Shown: positions 19,956 through 27,908, counted from the stretch's first letter. The stretch is 54,418 nt of DNA from Candidatus Aminicenantes bacterium (GCA_026393795.1 JAPKZL010000284.1:1-54418), one strand, 5' to 3'. Translations and numbers: made by a program. Notes: a model not told the origin generated them from the letters alone.

Positions 19956-21161
19956 ATGAATTTTCCCGCCGTCGCCGAACAGATCGACCTGCTCAAAAAA
20001 GGGGCCGGGGAGATCATCAGCGAAGAAGACCTAGAGAAGAAACTCGCCCGCTCGCTGAAAACGAAAAAACCGCTGCTGGTCAAAGCCGGCTTCGATCCGA
20101 CCGCGCCCGATATCCACCTGGGGCATACCGTCCTGATCCGCAAGATGAAGCATTTTCAGGACCTGGGGCACACGGTCGTCTTCCTGATCGGCGACTTCAC
20201 CGGACTGATCGGCGATCCCAGCGGCAGGAACAAGACCCGTCCGCCGCTCAGCCGCGAAGAGATCGATGCCAATGCCCAGACCTACAAGGAACAGATCTTC
20301 AAGCTGCTGGATGCGAAAAAAACGGTGATCGATTTCAACTCGCGCTGGCTCGGCGCCCTCACTCCGGTGGAGATCATCAAGCTGACCGCGGCCTACACGG
20401 TGGCGCGCATCCTGGAGCGCGACGATTTTTCCAAGCGCTACAAGAACGGCGACCCGATCTCGGTCCATGAACTGCTGTACCCGCTGATGCAGGGGTACGA
20501 TTCGGTGGCGTTGCGGGCCGATGTCGAACTGGGCGGGAGCGATCAGAAGTTCAACCTGCTGGTCGGGCGGGAATTGCAGCGCCATTACGGCCAGGAGCCG
20601 CAGGTGATCCTCACCATGCCCTTGCTCGAGGGACTGGACGGAGTGCAAAAGATGAGCAAAAGCCTGGGCAACTATATCGGCGTCAATGAGCCCGCGGCCG
20701 AGATCTTCGGCAAGGTCATGTCGATCAGCGATGAATTGATGTTCCGCTATTACGAGTTGCTGACCGACACGCCGGCCAGGGAGATCACCCGGTTGAAGCA
20801 GGAGATTGGCGCCGGCAGGCTCAATCCCATGCAGGTCAAGATCGATTTGGCCAAATCCATCATCGCCGATTTCCATTCCCCGGCGCATGCCGCCGCGGCC
20901 GAGAAAGAATTCATCCGGGTTTTCAGGAACAAGGAAACGCCCGACGACGCGCTGCCCCTGAAACTGGAAGCCGACGAAACGCTGGTCGATTTCATCGTCC
21001 GCAACGGCATCCTCTCCTCGCGCGGGGAAGTCAAACGCATCCACGCCCAGGGAGGCATCTACCTGGACAACGAGCGCCCCGCAGAGATCGCGTTCACGCT
21101 GAAAAAAGGACAATCCTACCTGCTGAAGATCGGCAAAAGAAAATTCATTAAAATCAATTAA
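19956..21161 (+). CDS. tyrS: tyrosine--tRNA ligase
   Basis: HLGH and KMSKS signatures, C-terminal S4-like domain. Confidence 0.95.
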   Translation: MNFPAVAEQIDLLKKGAGEIISEEDLEKKLARSLKTKKPLLVKAGFDPTAPDIHLGHTVLIRKMKHFQDLGHTVVFLIGDFTGLIGDPSGRNKTRPPLSREEIDANAQTYKEQIFKLLDAKKTVIDFNSRWLGALTPVEIIKLTAAYTVARILERDDFSKRYKNGDPISVHELLYPLMQGYDSVALRADVELGGSDQKFNLLVGRELQRHYGQEPQVILTMPLLEGLDGVQKMSKSLGNYIGVNEPAAEIFGKVMSISDELMFRYYELLTDTPAREITRLKQEIGAGRLNPMQVKIDLAKSIIADFHSPAHAAAAEKEFIRVFRNKETPDDALPLKLEADETLVDFIVRNGILSSRGEVKRIHAQGGIYLDNERPAEIAFTLKKGQSYLLKIGKRKFIKIN

Positions 21162-21167
21162 GCAGTT

Positions 21168-21239
21168 AGAGCCTTATAGCAAATTCTAAAATTTGTTCTA
21201 AAAAGCTAATAAATTTTAGAATTTGCTATCTAAGGCTCT
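21168..21239. repeat. AT-rich long hairpin between convergent tyrS and the HEAT-repeat gene
   Basis: Arm 21168-21194 pairs with arm 21211-21239 (27 bp with a 2-nt bulge) around a 16-nt loop. No flanking U-tract on either strand. Confidence 0.6.
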
Positions 21240-21256
21240 TATCCAGCTCTGCTGGG

Positions 21257-21991
21257 TCAGATCGTCGCAAAAATCCGCTTGGCTTCGTGGGAGACCCGCA
21301 TGTGGGGGTCTTTGGTCATCCTGAGGATATACTCCTTGACCTGCTCGCGATTCAATTTGGCCAAGGCTTCCAGGAGCTTCATGCGGACTTCGACGTTGGC
21401 GTCGGCCAGCAATGTTTCGCAGCTTTCCAGCAGCAGCGGGCTTTGCCGGTTGCCCAGAATTTCAACGATCGCCGCCCGCACGTACCACAGGGAATGCGGC
21501 AGCTGCTTGAGCAGTTTGCCTTCATCGATCCCGGGGCGCACCGACAGCTCCTTGACGATCAATTCCCTGGTTTTCAGGTTGTCCTCTCCCAGCATGGAAA
21601 TCAGCAGGTCCTCGCCGGACTGGTTGGTCTCGCTGATGATGTTTTTAACCGTGGCCAGTCTTTTTTCCAAATTCTGCTTTTTGAGCAACTCCCGTTTCGG
21701 GAAGAAACCGAATGCGGTGTCGAAGCCGCGCTCGCTCAGGGCTTTCTTGCAGGCCATGTACACCGAGCTGTCCGGGTGCTGCAAAAAACTGCCGTAAAAT
21801 GCCCGGTCTTGGAATTTTAATTCGCGCAGGATCTTCAAGGCGCAGGCCAGGCACTTGGAAGAGATGTCCTTGGTGAGTGCGACTTCCTTTAAAAATTCGA
21901 TGCGCTTGCCTTTGTCCATCTGGGCGAATTGCTCGGTTTTCAGGAATTTCACCTGGCTGGCCGGCGACAGCTTTAAAAAATCGGTGAGCAT
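21257..21991 (-). CDS. HEAT-repeat protein, function unknown
   Basis: Repeated helical units (VRAAIVEILG, VEVRMKLLEALAK, PHMRVSHEAKR). Starts 5 nt after the ribBA stop. Confidence 0.55.
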   Translation of the reverse strand: MLTDFLKLSPASQVKFLKTEQFAQMDKGKRIEFLKEVALTKDISSKCLACALKILRELKFQDRAFYGSFLQHPDSSVYMACKKALSERGFDTAFGFFPKRELLKKQNLEKRLATVKNIISETNQSGEDLLISMLGEDNLKTRELIVKELSVRPGIDEGKLLKQLPHSLWYVRAAIVEILGNRQSPLLLESCETLLADANVEVRMKLLEALAKLNREQVKEYILRMTKDPHMRVSHEAKRIFATI

Positions 21992-21995
21992 GGCG

Positions 21996-23201
21996 TCACT
22001 GCAGCTTGCCGAGCAGGTGCCCCATTTTCTCTTTCTTGGTTTTCATGTAGGCCAGGTTTTCCTTGTTGGGCGCGACTTCCAGGGGGATGCGCTCGGCGAT
22101 TTCCAGTCCATAACCGGCCAGGGCGATGTACTTGGCCGGGTTGTTGGTGATCAATTTCAGCTTTTTCAGCCCCATGTGGCGCAGGATCTGGGCGCCGATC
22201 CCGTAATCGCGCTGGTCGGCCTTGAAGCCGAGCTTGACGTTGGCCTGGATGGTGTCCAGCCCCTCCTCTTGCAGCCTGTAGGCCTTGATCTTGTTGAGCA
22301 GGCCGATGCCGCGCCCCTCCTGGTTGACCAGGTAGAGCAGGACGCCCCGCTTTTCCCGGCTGATCATTTCCATGGCGTATTGCAGCTGCTTGCCGCAATC
22401 GCAGCGCAGCGAGGCGAACGTATCCCCGGTCAGGCATTGGGAATGGACCCTGACCAGCACGGCTTCATCTCCGCTCAAATCGCCCTGGGTCAAGGCGATG
22501 TGCGTCTCCTGCTGGATGTGGTCGACGAAAGCGTGGATGGAGAACTCCCCCCAGCGGGTGGGCAGCTTGGCTTCGGCCACCATTTCGACCAAGGAGTCGG
22601 TGCTGACCCGGTACTTGATGATCTCTTCAACGGTGATGATCGGGATGGAGAATTTTTTTGAGAATTCGATCAGATCGGGCATCCGGGCCATGGTGCCGTC
22701 TTCCTTCATGATCTCGCAGATGACGCCGGCCGGGTAAAGGCCGGCGATCTTGGCCAGGTCGACCGACGCTTCGGTTTGCCCGGTTCGCACCAGTACGCCG
22801 CCGTCCCTGGCCCGCAATGGGAAAATATGGCCGGGGCGCGAGAGGTCCTGGGGCGTGGTCGTTTCGGCGATCAGGCACTGGATGGTGACGGCGCGGTCAT
22901 AGGCGGAAATCCCGGTGGTGGTATTGCGCTTGGCGTCGACCGAAACGGTGAACGGGGTTTGGAAGTGCGAGGTATTGTCGTGGACCATCAGCGGCAGGTC
23001 GAGTTCATCGCTGCGTTTTTCGGTCAGGGAGACGCAGATCAAGCCGCGGGCCTCCTTGGCCATGAAATTGACGCTTTCCGCCGTGACCTTTTCGGCGGCG
23101 ATCATCAGGTCGCCCTCGTTCTCGCGCTGCTCGTCATCGACGATGATGAGCATTTTCCCCTCTTTCAGGGTGGCGACGGCTTCGGGGACGGTAATGGTCA
23201 T
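21996..23201 (-). CDS. ribBA: bifunctional 3,4-dihydroxy-2-butanone-4-phosphate synthase / GTP cyclohydrolase II
   Basis: IIVDDEQRENEGDL (RibB) and VRVHSQCLTGD...CDCG (RibA). Confidence 0.95.
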   Translation of the reverse strand: MTITVPEAVATLKEGKMLIIVDDEQRENEGDLMIAAEKVTAESVNFMAKEARGLICVSLTEKRSDELDLPLMVHDNTSHFQTPFTVSVDAKRNTTTGISAYDRAVTIQCLIAETTTPQDLSRPGHIFPLRARDGGVLVRTGQTEASVDLAKIAGLYPAGVICEIMKEDGTMARMPDLIEFSKKFSIPIITVEEIIKYRVSTDSLVEMVAEAKLPTRWGEFSIHAFVDHIQQETHIALTQGDLSGDEAVLVRVHSQCLTGDTFASLRCDCGKQLQYAMEMISREKRGVLLYLVNQEGRGIGLLNKIKAYRLQEEGLDTIQANVKLGFKADQRDYGIGAQILRHMGLKKLKLITNNPAKYIALAGYGLEIAERIPLEVAPNKENLAYMKTKKEKMGHLLGKLQ

Positions 23202-23238
23202 TTATCTTATCCTGCCTTGATTTGCCATTTTCACCGCC

Positions 23239-23267
23239 ATTATATGGCAAACGAATATGCAAGGCAA
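23239..23267 (-). promoter_or_regulatory. sigma70-like promoter TTGCCT-17-TATAAT for ribBA at the island edge
   Basis: Read on the - strand: -35 at 23262-23267, -10 at 23239-23244, with an AGGA SD before the ATG at 23201. Confidence 0.45.
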
Positions 23268-23384
23268 GCAAATGCTGTTTTCAACCTAACATAAATCAAT
23301 ATTTTTCTGGAATTTTATGATTTATCTGCAAACAATATAAGGAACCTGATTTTTAAATCGAACCGGATATGGCGTTTATCCTGG

Positions 23385-23573
23385 AATGTTAAAAAGGTTC
23401 AGGCGCATACCAAGATCCGTATCCTTTCTTATTTTGTTATGGACAACCAATACCATGTAGCGCTACAGCAGGGCTCACTAAGCTACAAGATTTCAAGAAT
23501 ACAAGAACCGTCCCTCGATTCCCGATTCCACGAGACCGAAACTGAAAAGATGTATTCGAGTTTCCAGATGTGA
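23385..23573 (+). pseudogene. relic of a Y1 (IS200/RAYT-like) transposase ORF
   Basis: The frame reads ...AHTKIRILSYFVMDNQYHVALQQGSLSYKISRIQ..., which resembles the (h)xAYxLMxNHxHLL core of PF01797-type proteins. There is no N-terminal HUH region and no start codon, and the first His is Q. Confidence 0.35.
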
Positions 23574-23666
23574 GAGCATGATGAGAAGATCATCGTGTTG
23601 CCCCAAAAAAATGCAAACTAAAAAGGTTTGTTAAAACTGATTTAAAACTATTCCTTTGCGCAATTC

Positions 23667-24044
23667 TTATTGTTGTTCTTCAAGGATCGCATTCACGTGA
23701 TCTTGGTCGAGAGAATACCAGGAGCCAGTGGCTGCATCGATAATAACGGGAACAAGGCCAGCCAAAATATCAAGGATGATCCAGCCTGCACCAACGGAAC
23801 TTGAAATGTTTCGAGTGACTGTTTCATAACCCTCTTTTTTAAATTCGAGAGTATAGGTCTTGCTGGACTTCAACCGTAAAGTGATCGGGGTTTTCCCAAA
23901 TAGCTCGCCATTGACATAAACCTTTGCTCCAGATGGATCGGAAGAAGCATCGAGGCTGCTGTTACTGCCTTTGAAAATTGCAGCACAACCAGAAAAAGCA
24001 ATAGAGATGCAGACCAATAGCATGACAGTTACGATTTTTCTCAT
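23667..24044 (-). CDS. PEGA-domain lipoprotein
   Basis: Lipobox AFSGC, PSGAKVYVNGELFGKTPITL PEGA motif, hydrophobic C-terminal segment, AAGGAGA SD. AT-rich codon usage. Confidence 0.75.
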   Translation of the reverse strand: MRKIVTVMLLVCISIAFSGCAAIFKGSNSSLDASSDPSGAKVYVNGELFGKTPITLRLKSSKTYTLEFKKEGYETVTRNISSSVGAGWIILDILAGLVPVIIDAATGSWYSLDQDHVNAILEEQQ

Positions 24045-24099
24045 TGTTACTCTCCTTATAATTTTTGCAGTTGATTTTAATCACTTGCTGATAAAAATA

Positions 24100-24127
24100 A
24101 TAATAGCAATTCAGAATAAATTTTCAA
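24100..24127 (-). promoter_or_regulatory. sigma70-like promoter TTGAAA-16-TATTAT for the PEGA gene
   Basis: -35 at 24122-24127, -10 at 24100-24105 (- strand). Confidence 0.4.
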
Positions 24128-24237
24128 GTGAAGTAAGCATTTTATCGGTCAAAAAAACTATAAAATTTTTCATGGGCCAAAAAAAGGCCCAAATCGGTTT
24201 CGACTTGGAATTGAAAAACTAGGAAACGCTGTGTTGG

Positions 24238-24273
24238 CAAGCGCACCCGGCAAGGCTCGAACCTGCAGCCTGC
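24238..24273 (-). repeat. tRNA 3'-half-like fragment, copy A (T-arm + 3' acceptor strand, no 5' half)
   Basis: The - strand reads GCAGG-TTCGAGC-CTTGC-CGGGTGC-G. It matches copy B at 32 of 36 positions. Confidence 0.6.
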
Positions 24274-24381
24274 CCCGTCCCGATCGAAAACGAGATGAAG
24301 AAACTATACCCGAGCTACGAGGTCTGGGACCCGGAGAACAAGATCATCGAGTTCCCAATTAGAATTGGTAGCTGACGGTTA

Positions 24382-25008
24382 CTATTTAATGAAACAAGCG
24401 ATATCAGAGCTGTCTAAAACATCGACATTGTCTTTTAATTCACTATAGACACCATGATTGAGAGTTAGAAGAACAACTTGGATCCCCTGTCTCCTCGCAA
24501 GTTTTATCGCCGGAATAAAATCGGAATCTCCAGTTACAATAATTATTCTATCGGCGATGTGTTGGTAGCTTATCCATGCGATATCTATTCCAATTTTAAT
24601 GTCGACTCCTTTTTGATGGATGTCGTATTTATAATCACTTTCCTTAAATGCACCGCTTGTACTTGGCTTGACATTTTCCCTTAGTTTCCATCCTTTTACA
24701 CTTAATTTCCCCTCCCTTACAGCAAAAAAATCTGTTCTCTTTAATTCATGCAGTAGTTTAATTCCATTGGCATATTCTTTCGATGATTTTAAATTGATTT
24801 TTTTTAGAGAGATCGGGTTGGTGAGTGTTTCATCTGAAGGAGGACAATCATAATAATACACTCGAAGCAAGTCGAAGTCTTTTGCATGCTTATCGTGAAC
24901 ATTTTTTATAAATTCTTGGACCTTTTTTGCATTTGTTGGAGCCTTTTTTTTTGGTTCAAACTTTTTTTTAAAAAATCCCCCATCAATCATTATGATCGAT
25001 TTACTCAT
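24382..25008 (-). CDS. NYN-domain (LabA/DUF88, PIN-like) putative ribonuclease
   Basis: IMIDGGFF, GVDIKIGIDI and IIIVTGDSDFIPAIKLARRQG, so the acidic residues are intact. GGAGAGA SD lies before the ATG at 25008. The GTG start at 25041 falls inside a leader hairpin. Confidence 0.8.
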   Translation of the reverse strand: MSKSIIMIDGGFFKKKFEPKKKAPTNAKKVQEFIKNVHDKHAKDFDLLRVYYYDCPPSDETLTNPISLKKINLKSSKEYANGIKLLHELKRTDFFAVREGKLSVKGWKLRENVKPSTSGAFKESDYKYDIHQKGVDIKIGIDIAWISYQHIADRIIIVTGDSDFIPAIKLARRQGIQVVLLTLNHGVYSELKDNVDVLDSSDIACFIK

Positions 25009-25017
25009 TTTCTCTCC

Positions 25018-25072
25018 AAAAAAAAAGGCCTCCGGGGACACCCGAAAGTGTTTAGATAAACCCCGTTGGCCT
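25018..25072 (-). terminator. intrinsic-terminator-like hairpin + U9 between the NYN promoter and its SD
   Basis: The - strand reads AGGCCAACGGGG-[23 nt]-CCCCGGAGGCCT-U9. That gives 10 bp with a 2x2 internal loop and an inner ACAC/GTGT helix. Confidence 0.5.
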
Positions 25073-25087
25073 AAGTCTTATGTACTT

Positions 25088-25116
25088 CTTATATATTGGT
25101 TCTGACTAATTGTCAA
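25088..25116 (-). promoter_or_regulatory. sigma70-like promoter TTGACA-17-TATAAG for the NYN gene
   Basis: -35 at 25111-25116, -10 at 25088-25093 (- strand). Confidence 0.5.
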
Positions 25117-25214
25117 CATTTTTTTTGCAATTTTCTTTATTTTTATTTACTGCCCAAAAACTACCCCAAACTTATTTTACGAATGAATTAGAAAATCCGA
25201 AAACGCAGACCTGA

Positions 25215-25250
25215 CAAGCGCACCCGGCAGGAATCGAACCAGCAGCCTGC
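25215..25250 (-). repeat. tRNA 3'-half-like fragment, copy B, 3 nt after the ribE stop
   Basis: The - strand reads GCTGG-TTCGATT-CCTGC-CGGGTGC-G, with the same acceptor strand as copy A. The sequence upstream is ribE coding, so there is no 5' half. Confidence 0.6.
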
Positions 25251-25253
25251 TGA

Positions 25254-25847
25254 TTAGAGTTTAGAATGCTTTTGGAAATTATATAGGTATTTGCCGATTA
25301 AATCAAGCTCGATGTTGACCCGCTGGCCGACCCGAAGCAAGCGCAGGTTGGTGCTGGCCAGGGTGTGGGGGATGATCTCCACCGCAAACCAGGACTCGCT
25401 GACTTCGGCGACGGTCAGGCTGACGCCGTTCAGGGCCACCGAGCCCCGTTCCACGATGAACTTTCGCCACTCCCTGTCGAGGAAAGAGAAATCGAAGCGT
25501 GAGTTCTGGTCGCCCTTGTTCAGTGCGCGCACCCGGACCGTGCCGTCGATGTGGCCGCTGACCAGGTGCCCGCCCAAAAGGCCGTTCGGTGTCACCGGGA
25601 ACTCGATGTTCAGAAGCGCGCCGAGGGGCAGGTCGCCCAGGTTGGCGAGGCGCAAGGTGGGCGCTGCCAGGTTGAAGCGCAGCAGGTCGTTGTTTTTTTC
25701 TATCAGGGTCAGGCAGACGCCGTTGACGGCCAACGAGTCACCCACGGCGAGCGGCTTGTCCAAGGCGGCGCGGACGGTCAGGATGGGCTGGTTCTTTTTT
25801 TCCAGCTTGACCAGGGCGGCGGTGGCTGCGATCAGGCCGGTGAACAT
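25254..25847 (-). CDS. ribE: riboflavin synthase (alpha chain)
   Basis: MFTGLI start and duplicated GDSLAVNGVCLT / GSVALNGVSLTV barrels. Confidence 0.9.
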   Translation of the reverse strand: MFTGLIAATAALVKLEKKNQPILTVRAALDKPLAVGDSLAVNGVCLTLIEKNNDLLRFNLAAPTLRLANLGDLPLGALLNIEFPVTPNGLLGGHLVSGHIDGTVRVRALNKGDQNSRFDFSFLDREWRKFIVERGSVALNGVSLTVAEVSESWFAVEIIPHTLASTNLRLLRVGQRVNIELDLIGKYLYNFQKHSKL

Positions 25848-26950
25848 GAGGGAAAACCTCGCAGGATATGCCCCGCCGTCAATTCGATTTGTTCGCAAGC
25901 TGCCAGGCGCAGCGCCTGCGCCAGGCTGGCGCTCCCCGATTCATAGAGCTGCACCGAGGCCTTGCCGCCGATGAGGCGCCGGGAGATAAAGAGAATGACC
26001 TCGTCGAACAATCGCTGCCTGATGAAGGAATCGATGGTTTTTCCCCCGCCCTCGACCAGGACGGAAGCGATGCCGATGCGCTGGAGCGTCGCCAGCACCT
26101 CGCCCAAGATCAAGCCTTCGCTGTTTTCATTGACGAAAAAATGGCGGGGGACCTTCTGCGTCCGGTCGGCCGCCTTGCGGGAGCTGAAAATGATCAGCGG
26201 GAACTGCTCCTGCTCCTGGAAAACATGGAGGCGTTGCGAAAGGGAATTTTGTGTGTCGAGGACCACCCGGTAAAGGACCTTGTTGTTCCAGCCGGGCTCG
26301 CGCAGCGTCAGGCGCGGGTTGTCGGCAACGACGGTGTTGCGGCCGGCCAGAATGGCCGAAAACTCCCCGCGCAGGCTGTGGGACAACTGCCGCGATTCCG
26401 CTTCCGTGATCCAGCGCGAATGGCCGTTTTTGTCGGTCAGCTTGCCGTCAAGCGAGACTCCGGCATGGATGGCGACATAAGGCATCCGGGCCTTGACCGC
26501 TTTCAAATAGTGGCGGTTGATATGGGCGGCCCAATCGGGGCAGACTCCGCTGCACACCTCGATGTCGCTGTGGCGGAGCCGCTCCATGCCGCGGCCGTTG
26601 ACCAGGGGATTGGGATCGCCGATGGCCGCGACCACGCGGCTTACTTTTTTGGCGATGATCAATTCGCTGCAAGGGGGCGTTTTGCCGAAATGGGAGCAGG
26701 GCTCCAGGGTTAGGTACAACGTCGTTCCGGGGACATGCACGTTTTCCAGGGCCATGGCTTCGGCGTGCGCTCGGCCATATGCCCGATGATAGCCGGTGGA
26801 CACTATTTTGCCGTTTTTGACCACCACGGCGCCGACCATCGGGTTCGGCTCGGTACGGCCCATGCCCAGCAGGCTCAATTTCAAGGCGATTTTCATGAAT
26901 TTTTCGTCTTCTTTTTGCCGGCGCGACAGGGAAACGGTTCTCGTTTTCAT
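25832..26950 (-). CDS. ribD: bifunctional diaminohydroxyphosphoribosylaminopyrimidine deaminase / 5-amino-6-(5-phosphoribosylamino)uracil reductase
   Basis: HAEAMAL and TLEPCSHFGKTPPC deaminase motifs plus a C-terminal reductase domain. ATGA overlap with the ftsY stop. Confidence 0.9.
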   Translation of the reverse strand: MKTRTVSLSRRQKEDEKFMKIALKLSLLGMGRTEPNPMVGAVVVKNGKIVSTGYHRAYGRAHAEAMALENVHVPGTTLYLTLEPCSHFGKTPPCSELIIAKKVSRVVAAIGDPNPLVNGRGMERLRHSDIEVCSGVCPDWAAHINRHYLKAVKARMPYVAIHAGVSLDGKLTDKNGHSRWITEAESRQLSHSLRGEFSAILAGRNTVVADNPRLTLREPGWNNKVLYRVVLDTQNSLSQRLHVFQEQEQFPLIIFSSRKAADRTQKVPRHFFVNENSEGLILGEVLATLQRIGIASVLVEGGGKTIDSFIRQRLFDEVILFISRRLIGGKASVQLYESGSASLAQALRLAACEQIELTAGHILRGFPSCSPA

Positions 26951-27834
26951 GGTCGGAGCAGCGACTCCACGAAATCTTTTTCCGAAAATTCCCAAAGATC
27001 CTCGGCGGCCTCACCGATCCCGGCGTAGCGCACCGGCAGCCCCAGGCGGTCGGCGATGCTGATGACCGTGCCGCCCTTGGCCGTGCCGTCCAGCTTGGCC
27101 AGCAGCAAACCGTTGATTGCGGAGAACTCGCTGAACTTTTCCGCCTGCGCCAGCGCGTTCTGGCCGGTGGAAGCGTCCAGGACCAGCCAGGTTTCGGCCG
27201 GCTGCAGCGGAGAAAACTTCTTGATGATCTTGACTATTTTCTGGAGCTCGCGCATCAGGTTTTCCTTGCTTTGCATGCGGCCGGCGGTATCGATGATCAG
27301 TAGGTCGAAATCCTTGTTCTGCCAGGACTGCATGCTGTTGAACACCACCGAGCCGGGATCGGCCCCTCGTTCTTCGCACACGACCGGGATGGACAATTTT
27401 TGTCCCCATAAAGCCAGCTGCGTGGCGCCGGCGGCGCGGAAGGTGTCGGCGGCGGCCATGAGGACCTTTTTCCCCCGCAGCTGGAAATAACGGGCCAATT
27501 TGGCGGCGCTGGTGGTCTTGCCGCTGCCATTGACTCCGACCAGCAAGATGACATTCTTGCCGTCGCCGTCCAGGACCGGGAGCCGGGGATGGGGAAATAC
27601 AGTCAGCAATTCCCCCTTGAGCGCGTCAAGGCAATCTTGCTTGGGCGACGCGCGGCTGGTTTTTTTCCTCAGGCCGGCCATGATGCGGCCGACGACCGGC
27701 AGCGAAATATCGGCCAGGATCAGGAGCTCCTCGAGTTCGCTCAAGGTTTCCTCGTAATCCTTCGCGGACGCGGACGCGAAAAGCGAGGCGATTTTTGCAT
27801 GCCAGGCCGTCTTGATGAGTCCCTTGAACGCCAT
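26947..27834 (-). CDS. ftsY: signal recognition particle receptor FtsY (short form, no A domain)
   Basis: GVNGSGKTTS, DTAGR and LAKLDGTAKGG motifs. Confidence 0.9.
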   Translation of the reverse strand: MAFKGLIKTAWHAKIASLFASASAKDYEETLSELEELLILADISLPVVGRIMAGLRKKTSRASPKQDCLDALKGELLTVFPHPRLPVLDGDGKNVILLVGVNGSGKTTSAAKLARYFQLRGKKVLMAAADTFRAAGATQLALWGQKLSIPVVCEERGADPGSVVFNSMQSWQNKDFDLLIIDTAGRMQSKENLMRELQKIVKIIKKFSPLQPAETWLVLDASTGQNALAQAEKFSEFSAINGLLLAKLDGTAKGGTVISIADRLGLPVRYAGIGEAAEDLWEFSEKDFVESLLRP

Positions 27835-27840
27835 GGAGGC

Positions 27841-27869
27841 ATTATAATTGAAGCGTTGGCCCTTTTCAA
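27841..27869 (-). promoter_or_regulatory. sigma70-like promoter TTGAAA-17-TATAAT, 6 nt before the ftsY ATG (leaderless)
   Basis: -35 at 27864-27869, -10 at 27841-27846, ATG at 27834-27832. Confidence 0.55.
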
Positions 27870-27908
27870 ATCGGCTGGCAGCCGCAGTGGATTTATCGGA
27901 TGCCGGGA

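Noticed and set aside
23202-23360. FMN (RFN) riboswitch upstream of ribBA. I also looked upstream of ribD, around 26951-27000.
   Set aside because: Neither strand shows anything like the conserved GGGCAGGGTGAAATTCCC / ACCGACGGT cores. ribD overlaps ftsY by ATGA, which leaves no leader at all.
23356-23364. A possible third tRNA-like copy (AATCGAACC shared with copy B).
   Set aside because: Only a 9-mer match, with no flanking T-stem or acceptor similarity. This is compatible with chance in a 54-kb window.
24238-24330. A complete tRNA gene at either tRNA-like repeat.
   Set aside because: Reading 65 nt upstream on the - strand of each copy finds no GCACCCG 5' acceptor strand, D-arm or pairable anticodon stem. 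Copy B runs straight into ribE coding sequence.
24295-24375. A 26-codon GC-rich ORF (MKKLYPSYEVWDPENKIIEFPIRIGS) in the GC-rich patch of the island.
   Set aside because: It has no SD, is very short and has no recognisable family. It is more likely a trapped fragment of host sequence than a gene, so it is mentioned only as part of the island finding.
25009-25041. Longer GTG start (25041) for the NYN gene.
   Set aside because: The extra 11 codons lie inside the leader hairpin and U-tract. The ATG at 25008 has a GGAGAGA SD at proper spacing and begins the conserved IMIDGG strand.
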